A stretch of DNA of 64,000 nt from Phoronis australis (Eukaryota > Animalia > Phoronida), in contig NMRA01000138.1 of the NCBI GenBank assembly GCA_002633005.1, forward strand, positions 239,887 through 303,886, read 5' to 3'. The notes beneath the pieces were generated by a model. It saw nothing but the letters and a program-made list of their open reading frames with translations, did not search any database and had not been told where the DNA came from. A program made the position numbers and the translations under genes. Shown in pieces: positions 42,401-53,604 of the stretch. Within the stretch, counting starts at the first letter, position 1. Each line of letters opens with the position of its first letter.

Positions 42401-42652
42401 TGTAGTAAGTATTTTCGGATACTGGAACCACATGGGCAGTTTGAGAGAAGGACTTTAAATGAAAACAAAATGGCCGCCACAGCCGCCACCTTGGATCCTA
42501 TTTTGACGAAAAACAATAGGCTTCCAGTACTTCCGGAAATATGTGTTATGTGTAAATTTCGTGATGATCGGACGAAAATTGCGACCTGTATCGCGCGAAC
42601 AACAACTTAGTGGAAGAGCAACATACATGGCGAAATTTATTTCGCCAAGTAA
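39453..42652 (-). mobile_element. Non-autonomous Helentron/DINE-1-like element (family A), apparently complete, ~3.2 kb
   Basis: One end: hairpin CGCTTC-GA-GGAGCG (39462-39475) + subTIR ACTTGGCGAAAT (39478-39489). Other end: short IR TGGCGAAAT (42628-42636) + subTIR ATTTCGCCAAGT (42639-42650). (GAT/GAC)n microsatellite, A/T-run flanks, no obvious TSD. Related copies elsewhere in the window. Confidence 0.75.
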
Positions 42653-42725
42653 AGAGTCCCCTAAATTTCGAGTGGGTATCCTATCCAGCAGCATACCCTC
42701 ATGGAATTTACTACACTCTCATTAC

Positions 42726-42764
42726 TCAAGTCATTGACCTTTCAACAAGTCCAGATGTAAATGT
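42726..42764 (-). CDS. PPP1R14: Probable PPP1R14 terminal coding exon (TFTSGLVERSMT*)
   Basis: Acceptor aagtttccAG (42766-42765), phase 0, 12 codons plus TGA. Resembles the C-terminal helix pattern xFIxxLLx(R/K). The intervening short exon 3 was not located. Confidence 0.55.
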   Translation of the reverse strand, partial: TFTSGLVERSMT

Positions 42765-43599
42765 CTGGAAACTTAGATAATCAGTTAATTGAAACAACCA
42801 AGAACATGAATTAGGTGATGTTGTGAAGGAAATAACAGTTTAGTTATTACCGTAGGTGACTAACCCATTAGGATTTTGTCACCCTGGCCCTCCCTGTTAT
42901 CACCAGTACATAATGCGGAAACATTATTTTGTCTGAATATGACAATGCTCCAATTCCTTTGTATAAAGATTATTGCCAAAATTGTCAAGATGGGGAAAAC
43001 AGAAGAACTTCCTCCAATTATTTTCTGGTAGAGGCAGCAATTCAAGAAACAGAGGTCTAAATTGGTGCCATGTTGTTGCTGTTAAGCTATACCCATTGCA
43101 CGGTTGCCAACTCATTAAGCCTGTAATCTGTAACCTTCATGATAAAAATCCTTATTTTACTATTGAAAACTTGTACGATTTCCAAAATTTTCAGAAAATT
43201 TGAATTTCAATCAAAAGATGGTGTGATTCTCCCAAAATCAATGATTTTCAGTTTCAAGTGGTGTTTCACTAAAAAAGCAAACACAGTTGAGTCACATGTT
43301 TTTGAAATTCAGTCAAAACATTACCAACATGTTGAAAGCAAGCAAAACATAGACACAATGACATGAACAGTCAAGTAATTACAGGGCATACCAAATGAAT
43401 TCGTCTGCAACTACCCTAATAGGGCATAGCAACTAAATGACATGAACAAACAGGTTCTAAATTAACTTCAGTATGAAGGCAGGCTGTTTGTACTTATAAG
43501 GTAATTGCGAAATGATATTTCTCCAGATGTCTGCTTGTTCTAATATTTGTTTGTTACAGGAGAAATGAAAAATTACTCTTGTCCTCAACTTGTTTTCTT

Positions 43600-44816
43600 A
43601 TAAGATCAGCATGAAATTTACATACAATGTGTGTCTTGTGAATTGCTCCAAGCCTATTGTTTCTAGTTGACATCGTTCGTAAGGTGGCGCTGTGGTGGCC
43701 ATTTTATAATTTTTGGTTCGCCGAGTCATAGGTCCCTTGTCTCTGGATGGATTTTCTGCACTTTTTATTTGGATATATCCTGGGAGTAATATACATATAT
43801 TGGTCCTAGGATATATCACTGCTAGAGCTATGCGAACACTGTCATTCATTTTTATCTACAGTTTACCATTCTTGAGTTATTCGAGATTTCCTGGTGATTG
43901 CTCTTAAAATAATTTAGTTTTCATGCTGTATTTCCGGCATCCTTTATGTATTTTTATGAACGAAATTCAGGATGTGGCAAGCGTCGGATCAAAAAGAAAT
44001 TTATGCATATTGCATATATTGAGAGAAGCTTGAAGTCTATTACCATATTGCTGCACCATTAGGCCCATAGGAGTCTGTGTGGAACTGCGCTTGCATGCGA
44101 AACTTAGGCACATGTGCCAAAATGAGAACCACTTAGGTAAAAAAAGGCAGCGAAAAGAGAATTATTTCAGACACAGGCTCGTAGGCCTAAAGGCACGGCA
44201 ACAAAACTATTACCCAAATTTCTTGAAACTACGTCTAGGAACTCCTAAGATACAGAGGCAAATGCAAAACAATTCCCATTAGGAGGCACAGCGGTATGGG
44301 CCTACGCAGGAGACATTACCTGGGCTTATATGAGAATCTTAGGCATGTGCACTAATATACGAACCACTTGAGTAAAAAAGGCTGAGAAAAAGGCATTATT
44401 TCCCAAAGAGACCACAGGGCCTATGGTCCCGGCAATATGGTATTGTTAGGTGAAATCAGCTACCGTAGCACTGTTATAGCCTTTTTTGAATAAATGCTTG
44501 GTGAGCTCTTGAGGTTTGCACCTGTTTGAGGGAATTGTCTGAAATTTGACCTGACAGATAGATCTCTTCAAGACCTCTTTAATAACATGTGTTATCAGTT
44601 TGTCAGTGCAACATACCATTCTCAACTTATTCGGGATTTTATGACTGAATGAGTGCCCTTTATTGACCGATTCCGCAGTGTAATTTTGTTAGTTGTTTTG
44701 ATGTTGGTGCCTTTGATGCTGGATTGTCAAAGTTGATGTTCTTGGTTACGACATCGTCCTCAACTTTAAATTTTTATTCGATTTCGCCAAGTGTCCCTCC
44801 TCATAGTGCTTTCATT
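43600..44816 (+). mobile_element. Diverged family A relative, opposite orientation
   Basis: ATTTCGCCAAGTGTCCCTCCTCATAGTGCTTTCATT (44781-44816) is the reverse complement of the family A hairpin/subTIR end. 43605-43710 is reverse-complement similar to 42466-42570. Internal degenerate ~235-bp duplication at 44095-44435. Confidence 0.55.
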
Positions 44817-45114
44817 TTAAATTTCATTTAAACCAGTCTAAGGAAATTGCTCCTGCAGTCAAAATAAAATATCCCAGTAAAAGATTTGAAATCACTTAAA
44901 CAAATGCCCGATTTGCTTCCCTGCTTTAATATATCAAACCAATGCTCCATAAGCTTTGTAAACTGACACCGATGCTTTTACCAGTTTCTCAGTCAATAAT
45001 TTTGGAATGTTTTTACTCCTTCTACTTATGATTTTTGCCACGATCTGTACAAAACTGGACGCCAATGACAAGCTATAAATGCTACTGTAGTTGAATTCTA
45101 GAACATTTCCTTAC

Positions 45115-45198
45115 CAATATAAACTGTCTCCTCTTATTCTCCTCTAAGTCTAATACTTCGTCCAGATCTATTTCACAGTCATAGCTATCCAGGTCACC
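45115..45198 (-). CDS. PPP1R14: PPP1R14-family coding exon 2 (GDLDSYDCEIDLDEVLDLEENKRRQFIL)
   Basis: Acceptor tactttcAG (45200-45199), 84 nt, phase 0/0, donor TTG|GTAAGG. EIDLDEVLDL matches the family EIDIDELLD motif. Confidence 0.9.
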
Positions 45199-46259
45199 CT
45201 GAAAGTACACAAAATATGATATTAAATTCCATATCAGGTTCAGAGCTATTCATATCACCTTGATATAATATCATATCAGATTCAAAGCTATTCATATCAC
45301 CTTGACATAATACAATCATATATATCACATCAAAAACTCCTATCATCAACATTCAGAACTATCCATGTTGTCTTAAAAGCTCATATGTGAGTCATACCAT
45401 AACCCAATTGTATCATCACGTTAAAAAATCTCCATGTCATCATGGAAGGCCTAGAATATTGTGATATCAAAATTGGAATTCACAATAAATCAGCCATCTA
45501 TACCATCTGAGATGCACCTAGATATCAAAATTTGCATCATCCATTTTCTTGACATCCCAGAGACATCAAAATGACAACATTCCAAAATGCACCTCATCTG
45601 ATTCAAAACTCCCATGTCAATCAAAAAAGCAATTGTATCAAAAATCAAATTTACATCGCAAGATTTAAAGACAGGATATGTACAACAACCTATGAAAATC
45701 AGAGAAACAGCCGAAACTCAACAGGTGGGTAACATTGAATTAATATGATGAATTGGAGTCAACTCATGAACCAGCTATATTGGTGACATTAAAATTTACT
45801 TGCCTACAACTACATCATAATGGAAGAGCTCCAAATGCTTTCTTTGAACCAATCACCCAGCATCCCAGGAACACTTTTTATCGCTTGCATCAATTTCTAT
45901 ATTTACTGGGTACTTCAGAGCAAGTGTTTGTTCGCAGTAAATGCATAGATATGAAGAGCCAGAACGTCTTTGGAAGTTTTCAAAAGGTTTATTGAATAAC
46001 AGTAGAGGTTGTTGCCCCTGTAAGGATTCTAATGTATTGCAGTGTGGAAACCCAAATCAGAAAAATCCCAGGACAAATGTTTTCTATTCAAGAATTAAAT
46101 CTTTGCAGGACCAAAAACAAACAATTCAAAATCAGAATCTATCACATTAGGATCGATAATTTATCGCATCAGAACCAAAATTTAACATGTCAGGAGCAAC
46201 AAGTTATCACAAAATTGCCAGATCACGGGACCATCCACTATCCAACAGTGATGATGCGC

Positions 46260-46440
46260 TGTGTCTCTGTGATACCCACCCGGCCATATTCAAGTCTAAT
46301 GTGTCCAAAAGGCCAAGTATACTGTGTCTCTGTAATACTCACCCATATTAAAGTCTAATGTGTCCACAAAGCCAAGTATGTGTCTGTGTAACACTCAGTC
46401 ATATTCAAGTCTAATGTGTCCACAAGGCCAAGTGTACACT
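46260..46440. repeat. ~55-60-bp degenerate tandem repeat x3
   Basis: TGTGTCTCTGT...CATATTCAAGTCTAATGTGTCCA...GCCAAGT repeated. Confidence 0.8.
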
Positions 46441-47292
46441 TGACTTCTGTTGTAAGTGTGAGTGAAAGAGGAGGCAACAGAAATTCAACCTCTTTCTCAC
46501 AATAATATGACTGTCGTTGGCGCAAGAGGGTTGAGTGCACATGCCCTTGTGTACCTAGTACCAATATAATCACTCTGAGGGGACAAGGCTGGAGGATAGT
46601 CAATGGTCTCCTGGCATGAAAATTTACTGGCATGATAAAGTCAGCTTTCTTAGTGGCACGTCTCTTACATACCTCTTCTATGGCCGAATACCTCCCAGGG
46701 CAGAATGTGAGTTTTGAACAGAGACAGTCTTTTCAAAAGGAAACAGAAACAGTGGGTCTCTTCCAAATCTTCAAATTGCACAAAAAATCTGATAAATAAT
46801 GCAAAATCACCCACAGGAGGGAGACAATTGCACTTTTAAATAAGTTATTGTTCTAAATGTAAACTGCCTGCCATTTCTCATACATCTATTTAGGCACAGC
46901 CTTTGATCCTCCTAATAGCCCACGCTAATAATAAATCATGATAACTGACAAAGTATGATAGATGAACAGGAGCTATCCAAATTTTGACAGAGTTTGCGAT
47001 AATGCACTTCAATGGGGCCGCTGGGTCAACAGGATGATTTGTGACACAAGTCTGTTGGACTGGTATTGAAAAGATATCAGGGACTGGTTGTAGAATGTGG
47101 GCTGTTCATCAAGTTTACTGTAAAACACCTTGGAAATAATGTTGACAGGAAGAAAACAGTTGCAGCACAATGATCAGGAGCTGCAAGTTGTTCTCTATCA
47201 CCATGTTTGTCATGGCAAAAGCGATCAGTTCAAGCACGCACACACAACTATACTACCTTATACATTTCATTTTGAATTTGTTAACAGTCTAG

Positions 47293-47618
47293 CCAGATCA
47301 TTTCCAAAATCTATTGGTCTATTTATACCAAACTTCTAGCCTATTTACATTCCATGGGCAGCGAACCATAGGGGCCGGGCTGGGGGGGCTATAAGCCCCC
47401 ACTTTTTCAGTGCTAGGCCGCACATGGTCTATAGGCGGTGCACAACAGGGGGGCTGAAGGGGCTTTAGCCCCCTACTTTTTGCAGTGCTGCACCGCCCAT
47501 GCATTCGAACGACTTTTTGACGACAGCCGGAGAAATGACTGACCGAAACCTCGTGCCAATGTAAACTGGCACGAGGTTGGTGTAAGTAGACCAATAGATT
47601 TTAGAAATGATGTTGCCA
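47293..47618. mobile_element. Host palindromic element (~60-bp inverted repeats) interrupted by the 47353 MITE
   Basis: ATCATTTCCAAAATCTATTGGTCTATTTATACCAA...TTTACATT is the reverse complement of AATGTAAA...TTGGTGTAAGTAGACCAATAGATTTTAGAAATGAT. Confidence 0.6.
47353..47501. mobile_element. Small GC-rich MITE CATGGGC...GCCCATG with 5-bp TSD CATTC
   Basis: TIRs, and CATTC at 47348-47352 and 47502-47506. Internally duplicated GGGGCT...AGCCCC hairpins. Confidence 0.7.
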
Positions 47619-48023
47619 CATTACCATCTCAAAGCGGTTTTACTTTTAGGAAGACAGTCCAGCCACCGTTAGCGAACAAAAGGAGGCTGACATCAAACTA
47701 TCGACGCATAAGGGGCTCACATCTTCCAATGCCTACAATACCCACCCCTCCCCATCAACTAGATCAAACCCATAATCTCTACAACATTCCACAAATCTAC
47801 AGCAACCCTTCCATTATGTTCCTAAATGCCTTGTGTAAGACACAACACAACCGAAGTAAGTGTCGCCTGTGCAAAGGCATCTTGCCTACCATTGCATTGT
47901 GGGATTGCTGTTCTGTAATTTACTAGTAACTAAAATCTAACAGAGGAATGTTTGTGATACCAAAACAGCAAAAGTTCAAATCATGCAGAATGAATCTAAA
48001 ATTATAAAGTGTTTATTAAGGCT

Positions 48024-49225
48024 AACAAGAGCAATGCGGAGCATTGAAATGCGCCCACGAATGCATCGCAAATGGTGCACTTTTAGGGTTATTTAATTTG
48101 TATCATAAAAATGGCCACTAGATGGTGGTGCAAAAACGTACAATCCATCCAAAAACGGGAACATGCCATATTTCATAAAAATCTGTCAAGGAACTTCAGT
48201 AAAACAAAGAAAAACAGAACAAAATGAAATTAATTGCCACTTGTGGGCACAGCGTCCATTCCATCCGCCTGAAAGTTGTCACCTGTTATCTTCATATAAA
48301 TTCACTTACTAAATTTAATAAAGATCCTGCAGTGGGTTTTGGAGATACAGCTATGGGCGCAAAACAAAACTACCACTAGGAGGCGCCACAGTAGTCAGTC
48401 GCCATCCTCAAATGTCCTCTTCACACTGAAAACATATACGCCAATTTTCAAAAACCATCCCTAGAATGCTTTGGTTGATCGAGAGCTGGACGCCAAAAAC
48501 AAGATTTGAAAACAGCAAAAATGGCCACCAGGTGGCGCAAAATAACTCGATTCCATATAAAAACAGGAATATAGCCTCATCTCACCAATAGATACCTATA
48601 TTCAAAATTTTATGAAAATCTATTGAGACCTTTGAAGATACAGACTGGTAAACGTAAAAAACTAAATTTGCCAGTAGGGAGCACACCAGTAATCAGATCC
48701 GTCCAAAAGTCGTCATCGTCCATAGTCAACATCATACAAATACACTTGCTAAATTAAGTAAAGTTCCTACAAACGATTTAATAGATACAGCTATGAGCGG
48801 AAAAAAACAAAACTGCCACTAGAAGGCGCCACGTACTTGAACTCGTCGGAAAATCATCGTCAGTCGTCCACTTCATAGTAAGAGCATACATGCAAATTTT
48901 CACAATTATCCTAAAAGCCGTTTGGTTGACAGACGAGTGGACTCCAAAAAACAGACTGGAAAACAGTAAAAATGGCCACTAGGTGGCGTAAACTAGGTAG
49001 AGTCCATCTAAAAACAGTGAGATATTGTCACCTCATTAACAGATGCCTGTATGCCAAATTTTATGAAAATACTTTGAGGACCTTTGAACATACAGAGGTA
49101 AACGTAAAAAAAATAAAATTGCCACTAGGTGGCATGCCAGTAGTCAGATCCGTCTGGAAGTCCACGTCCTCCGTTGTTAACATCATATAAATACACTTAC
49201 TAAATTTAGTAGAGATCGTGCGAAA
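48024..49225 (-). mobile_element. Helentron/DINE-like family B (truncated) with ~145-bp internal repeats carrying CTCF-like motifs
   Basis: AACAAGAG + hairpin CAATGC-GGA-GCATTG (48032-48046) + subTIR ATGCGCCCAC (48049-48058), followed by diverged tandem units with a ~445-bp higher-order period. Confidence 0.7.
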
Positions 49226-50011
49226 ATTTATGCAACCAATTAACGCCAGACGTTTTTAGATTTTTGAATTAAAAATGACCGTTGTACACTGCAAAACATA
49301 ACATCTTTCCCAGAACATAACTAATTGCTCCTTTGTCTATTCCGAGAATCCCCTTAAGTTTTTCAAAATCTCTCCCCAATATTTAAGATAACAAAATGGT
49401 AGCTGACTGACTGATCTAGCCATTGACATAGGATCAAAAGTCTAAACATAACCTCCTTCTATGAATACGCAGCTTAAGGGATTCATAATCACATAATAAA
49501 ACAATTATTGACTTTCATACTTGGTCAATATAACTATGTCAAGACCAACTAAACACTGCTGTAACTCCTTGGACAGCTGTAACTGTTATGTAATCAGTAA
49601 TGAACTGTGGTAACCCTGTAAGTTCATTGTTTTAGTCCCTAGTCATCAGTGCTACTGCTTTCCAATTCATCCCACATAGTGCTCTGTGTGAAATTGTTTT
49701 GAATAAGATTGAAGAGAATTATATGATAGTTCATACTATAACCACTAGGTGTCTCTGTAGCTAGCTTCCTACCATATTGTCTTTGTGACTACACATTGAT
49801 ATTACATAGAGGTAGGAATTATTACCTTTTCCACATGTATTCACTTTATATCATTACCCTTAAGCTATACAGTAAGCACACTCTTTACTTGTACTTCTAG
49901 GTGTCCATCATTCTTTCAATAAAGGTTGAAACGAAATGACGAATGTTTATCATGATTGGACAACAGCGACACCTACTGAACTCTAAATATGCAACTGCCA
50001 TGTTCACATAA

Positions 50012-50406
50012 GTCCCGTTTAGACATCAACTTTTGGCCTGGTGCAACTGACACGGAGCAAATTGATCGATGTCAAGCCACCCGGTTTACACAAACAGAAC
50101 TTGCTAAGATGGAAGTTGTAGGCTGGAGAGTGGAACCTACATGCGCAGGTTTACAAATGGCTTGCGTCGCAGAGACACAGAACCCATAAGCGCAGTAGAG
50201 ATGATCCTGTCTGCCTTGCCTCACTTTCACGTTTAGACATATAATTGACATGGAGCAAGATGATCGAGCGCAAATTGCTCTACCTCACAAACGGGTGGCA
50301 AAAGTTGTCACCGCGGTGTCACTTTGCTCCAGGTCACATACGTGCGCTAGAACATCTCGTTCCGGGTCAGATGATCGGTGTCAACTTTTGTAGTGTAAAC
50401 AGCACC
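50012..50406. mobile_element. Harbinger-like MITE (degenerate)
   Basis: Right end GTGTAAACAGCACC, left end GTCCCGTTTAGACA, internal repeated TCAACTTTTG/AAAAGTTG motifs. Confidence 0.4.
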
Positions 50407-51356
50407 ATAGAGTTACAATGGTCATAACCTCTTATTAAACCACACTCATAGACTATAACCGCGCTCTACATCAGTTACAACCTTTAAAACCAGTTTTCAA
50501 GCGTTCAGACCGAGAGTTAGAACCTTGAAATCAGTTTTATAAGTTGTAACAGCTTAGGTCTGTATGTGTTAATTTTCAGACCCCAAATATGTGATAATGA
50601 CCTCTGCTCTGCCTTCTTCATGAAAATATTTTTGGATCTTAAAACCAAGACATTGACCTCGGTGAAAGACAATTACTGTAAATTACCTGCCGTTGTGGAC
50701 ATTGCTACCATTATTTCTATATTTAATGGCAATTTTGCAAGCAGCCATCATTTTAATTTGACATTACGGAATGGAGGTACAACAGCTAGTATTGACTAGA
50801 ATACACTATCCGAAAATCGTATAGTGCATTTCATGGTAAATTTATTTGAAATAGTTGCCAAGCAACTTATTAATAAATTTACAGGATTACCGATTTAACA
50901 CTGATTCTCACTTGGATGATTGAAGATAACTCAACACTAAAATAAAAGTACTTCAAAAATCAATACATAACAACACACATCTGGAAAATTTAGGCAGTTG
51001 TAATCATAATACCCTTAAAGTGGAACTTGCATGCTAATTCCTTGTCTCTGCGATTGCTTGGTCAAATTAGTAAGAAACGTACCATAATGATATACATATA
51101 TAGTGATGATGAGAATATGAAGTAGGTTGAAAATTGCCAAATAAATTCATGAACAAGTTTTGTGTCAAAAATGATCCCCCGTAAATCACTCAACCGTATC
51201 CAGGTATCCAGTAAGTAATGTGATGTGGTGTTGGGATATAAAACTGCATGATTTGGGCTGTGTGAACCACAAATGCATGCCATTAGTGCAAAGGTCATCC
51301 AGCTGATAACTACTTCCCCCATGCCCCAGGTTTGCGGCCACACAGGAATTAGAAGT

Positions 51357-51640
51357 GGCACTAGTTGCCCTAAAACAAGTTACCCCACCTTGATAAGGTG
51401 GAGTAAGTTGTCACAAGGGGGGGTAAGTTGCACTAGTTTTAACAGCGTCCACACAGCCTTCAAACCTAGAGACAACTCGTTCCACGGGTAACTTGTTCTA
51501 GGGTAAGTGTGTGTGGATGGCACTTGAATTGTTGAAAGTGAGATAAGTTGCACTAGTTCAAATCACGTCCACACAGCCTTCAAACCCAGCAAAAATTCGT
51601 TCTAGGAGTAACTTGTTCCAGAATAAGTTTGTTGACGGCA
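51357..51640. repeat. ~120-bp degenerate tandem duplication (possible MITE)
   Basis: TAAGTTGCACTAGTT...CGTCCACACAGCCTTCAAACC...TAACTTGTTC at 51424 and 51545. Confidence 0.6.
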
Positions 51641-52562
51641 CTAAAGCCTCCTTACAGAATGCACACATAAACATTTATCAACAGGAAAATGAACAAAAAT
51701 ATTTTCTGATTGAAAATTCAACAACTCTGGCAATTCATACACTTGGAAATTGTGTAATCAACGATCAACACTCAACAACATAATTATTGCCACACGAAAA
51801 AATGAATACTGTTTACGGTTAAGCCTTTGAACTTTTTTATAGAATTGATTCTGAAAGTCACGACTGTACAAAAATTAAAGCAGGTGCTCAGCTGTACAAC
51901 AAAACAATTCATAACAACCTCTCAACCTAATGTGCCATAGTGTAATTTTCTAGCCAGTAATTTTCAATTGTATCAACTGAGGAGGACTTCAGCTGATCAA
52001 AAATAGCCAAGTTCAAATAAGAATAAATCAATTTAAGCCAAAAACATGAGCGCCATTGCCACAGAAACCAAGAAATAATAAGTTGCCTGTATCACAACTC
52101 GATTTTTGTCACAAGCAAACAGTCATCTAAACTATCAATCTCACGACTGTGTGAAATGAAAGTAGTCCTCAACATCATTTTTGATAAAATGAAACACTTG
52201 ACACAAGGCAGATACTGATAACAGTATCATCTGAAAAAAGTACTGTAAATATTTTACGTTTGATAATCAATGGCTACCATCGTTGCCATTTCAAATTTAA
52301 ATAGGAAACTTAGTTCAATCTCTAACAAGGTAAAGGTCCCGTCACATCAAACTCTTTCTCAACACAACACTGAGCCTGTTGTCGGGTACAGGTCCAAACA
52401 GGCAACTTTGGCCAACAACCATGTCCTGAAATCTACAGTGACCAAGAGGCTAATATTCAGATAGTACACAAATAATTTGATAAATTCCTCCTATCCTACT
52501 CATCAGAAATCTTTCAAAACACACTTACAATCACTTGCACCATGCCTGGAAGCTTTCCTAAT

Positions 52563-53604
52563 ACCAAGAAGAGCAAGAGTGTTGAAAAGCACCCATGAAT
52601 GCACTGCAAACAGTGTGCTTCTAGGATTGTTTATTCGTTTCATAAAAATGGCCACTAGATGGCACAAAAACGTCCAATCCATCCACTTGGAGGCGTCAAA
52701 GTACTCGAAGTCGCCGGAAAATCATCGTCAGCCGTCCCCTTCATAGTAAGACCATACATGCCAATTTTCACAATCATCCTTAGAGCAGTTTGGTTGATAG
52801 AGGGGTGGACGCCAAAAATAGTAAAAATGGCCACTAGGTGACGCAAACTATGTCGAATCCATCTGAAAGTGAGAGAATAGCGTCATCTCACTAATAGATG
52901 CCTATATGCCACAATATATCGAGGACCTTTGAAGATACAGAGGTAAACGCAAAAAATAAAATTGCCACTAGGGGGCACACCGGTAGTCAGATATGTCTGA
53001 AAATTGTTGTCGTCTGTTGTCAACACCATATAAATACATTTGCTACAATTACTATTTAAAGTTCCTGCAAATGGTTTGGGAGATACAGCCATGGGTGCAA
53101 AAAAACAAAACTGCTACAAGGAGGCGCCACAGCAGTCGAAATCGTCGGAAAATCACCGTCAGCCATTCTCTTCATAGTAAAAACATACAAGCCAATTTTT
53201 ACAACCATCCTAAGAGCGGTTTGGTTGAAAGAGGGGTGGACGTCAAAAACAGACTTGAAAACAGCAAAAATGGCCACCAGGAGGTGCAAACTACGCCGAA
53301 TCCGTCCGAAAACGAGAGGATAGCGTCATCTCACTAATAGATGCCTCTATGCCAAATTTTATGAAAATACGTTAATAAGGATCTTTGAAGATACAGAGGT
53401 AAGCGTAAAAAATAAAATTGCCACCGGTAGTCGGATCCATCTGAAAGTTCCCTCATGCCGTCCCATGCATGACAGGAACACGTGTGCAAAGTTTCATGAA
53501 CATATGCTGAACGGTTTAGGAGATAGAGCAGCAAACGCCGGACGGCTGGATGGACTGGGATGACGGCATAATGCATCCAAATATAAATATGTGGGCGCAT
53601 AAAA
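52563..53604 (-). mobile_element. Helentron/DINE-like family B copy with both ends
   Basis: Degenerate version of the 48024 terminus at 52563-52615, same internal units, GGAC/GGAT microsatellite near 53540, and terminal subTIR GTGGGCGCAT-AAAAA (53591-53605), the reverse complement of 48049-48058. Confidence 0.7.

Noticed and set aside
46652-46720. Minus-strand ...RYSAIEE|GTATGT as PPP1R14 exon 3
   Set aside because: It lies upstream of exon 2 in transcript order and lacks a clear acceptor.
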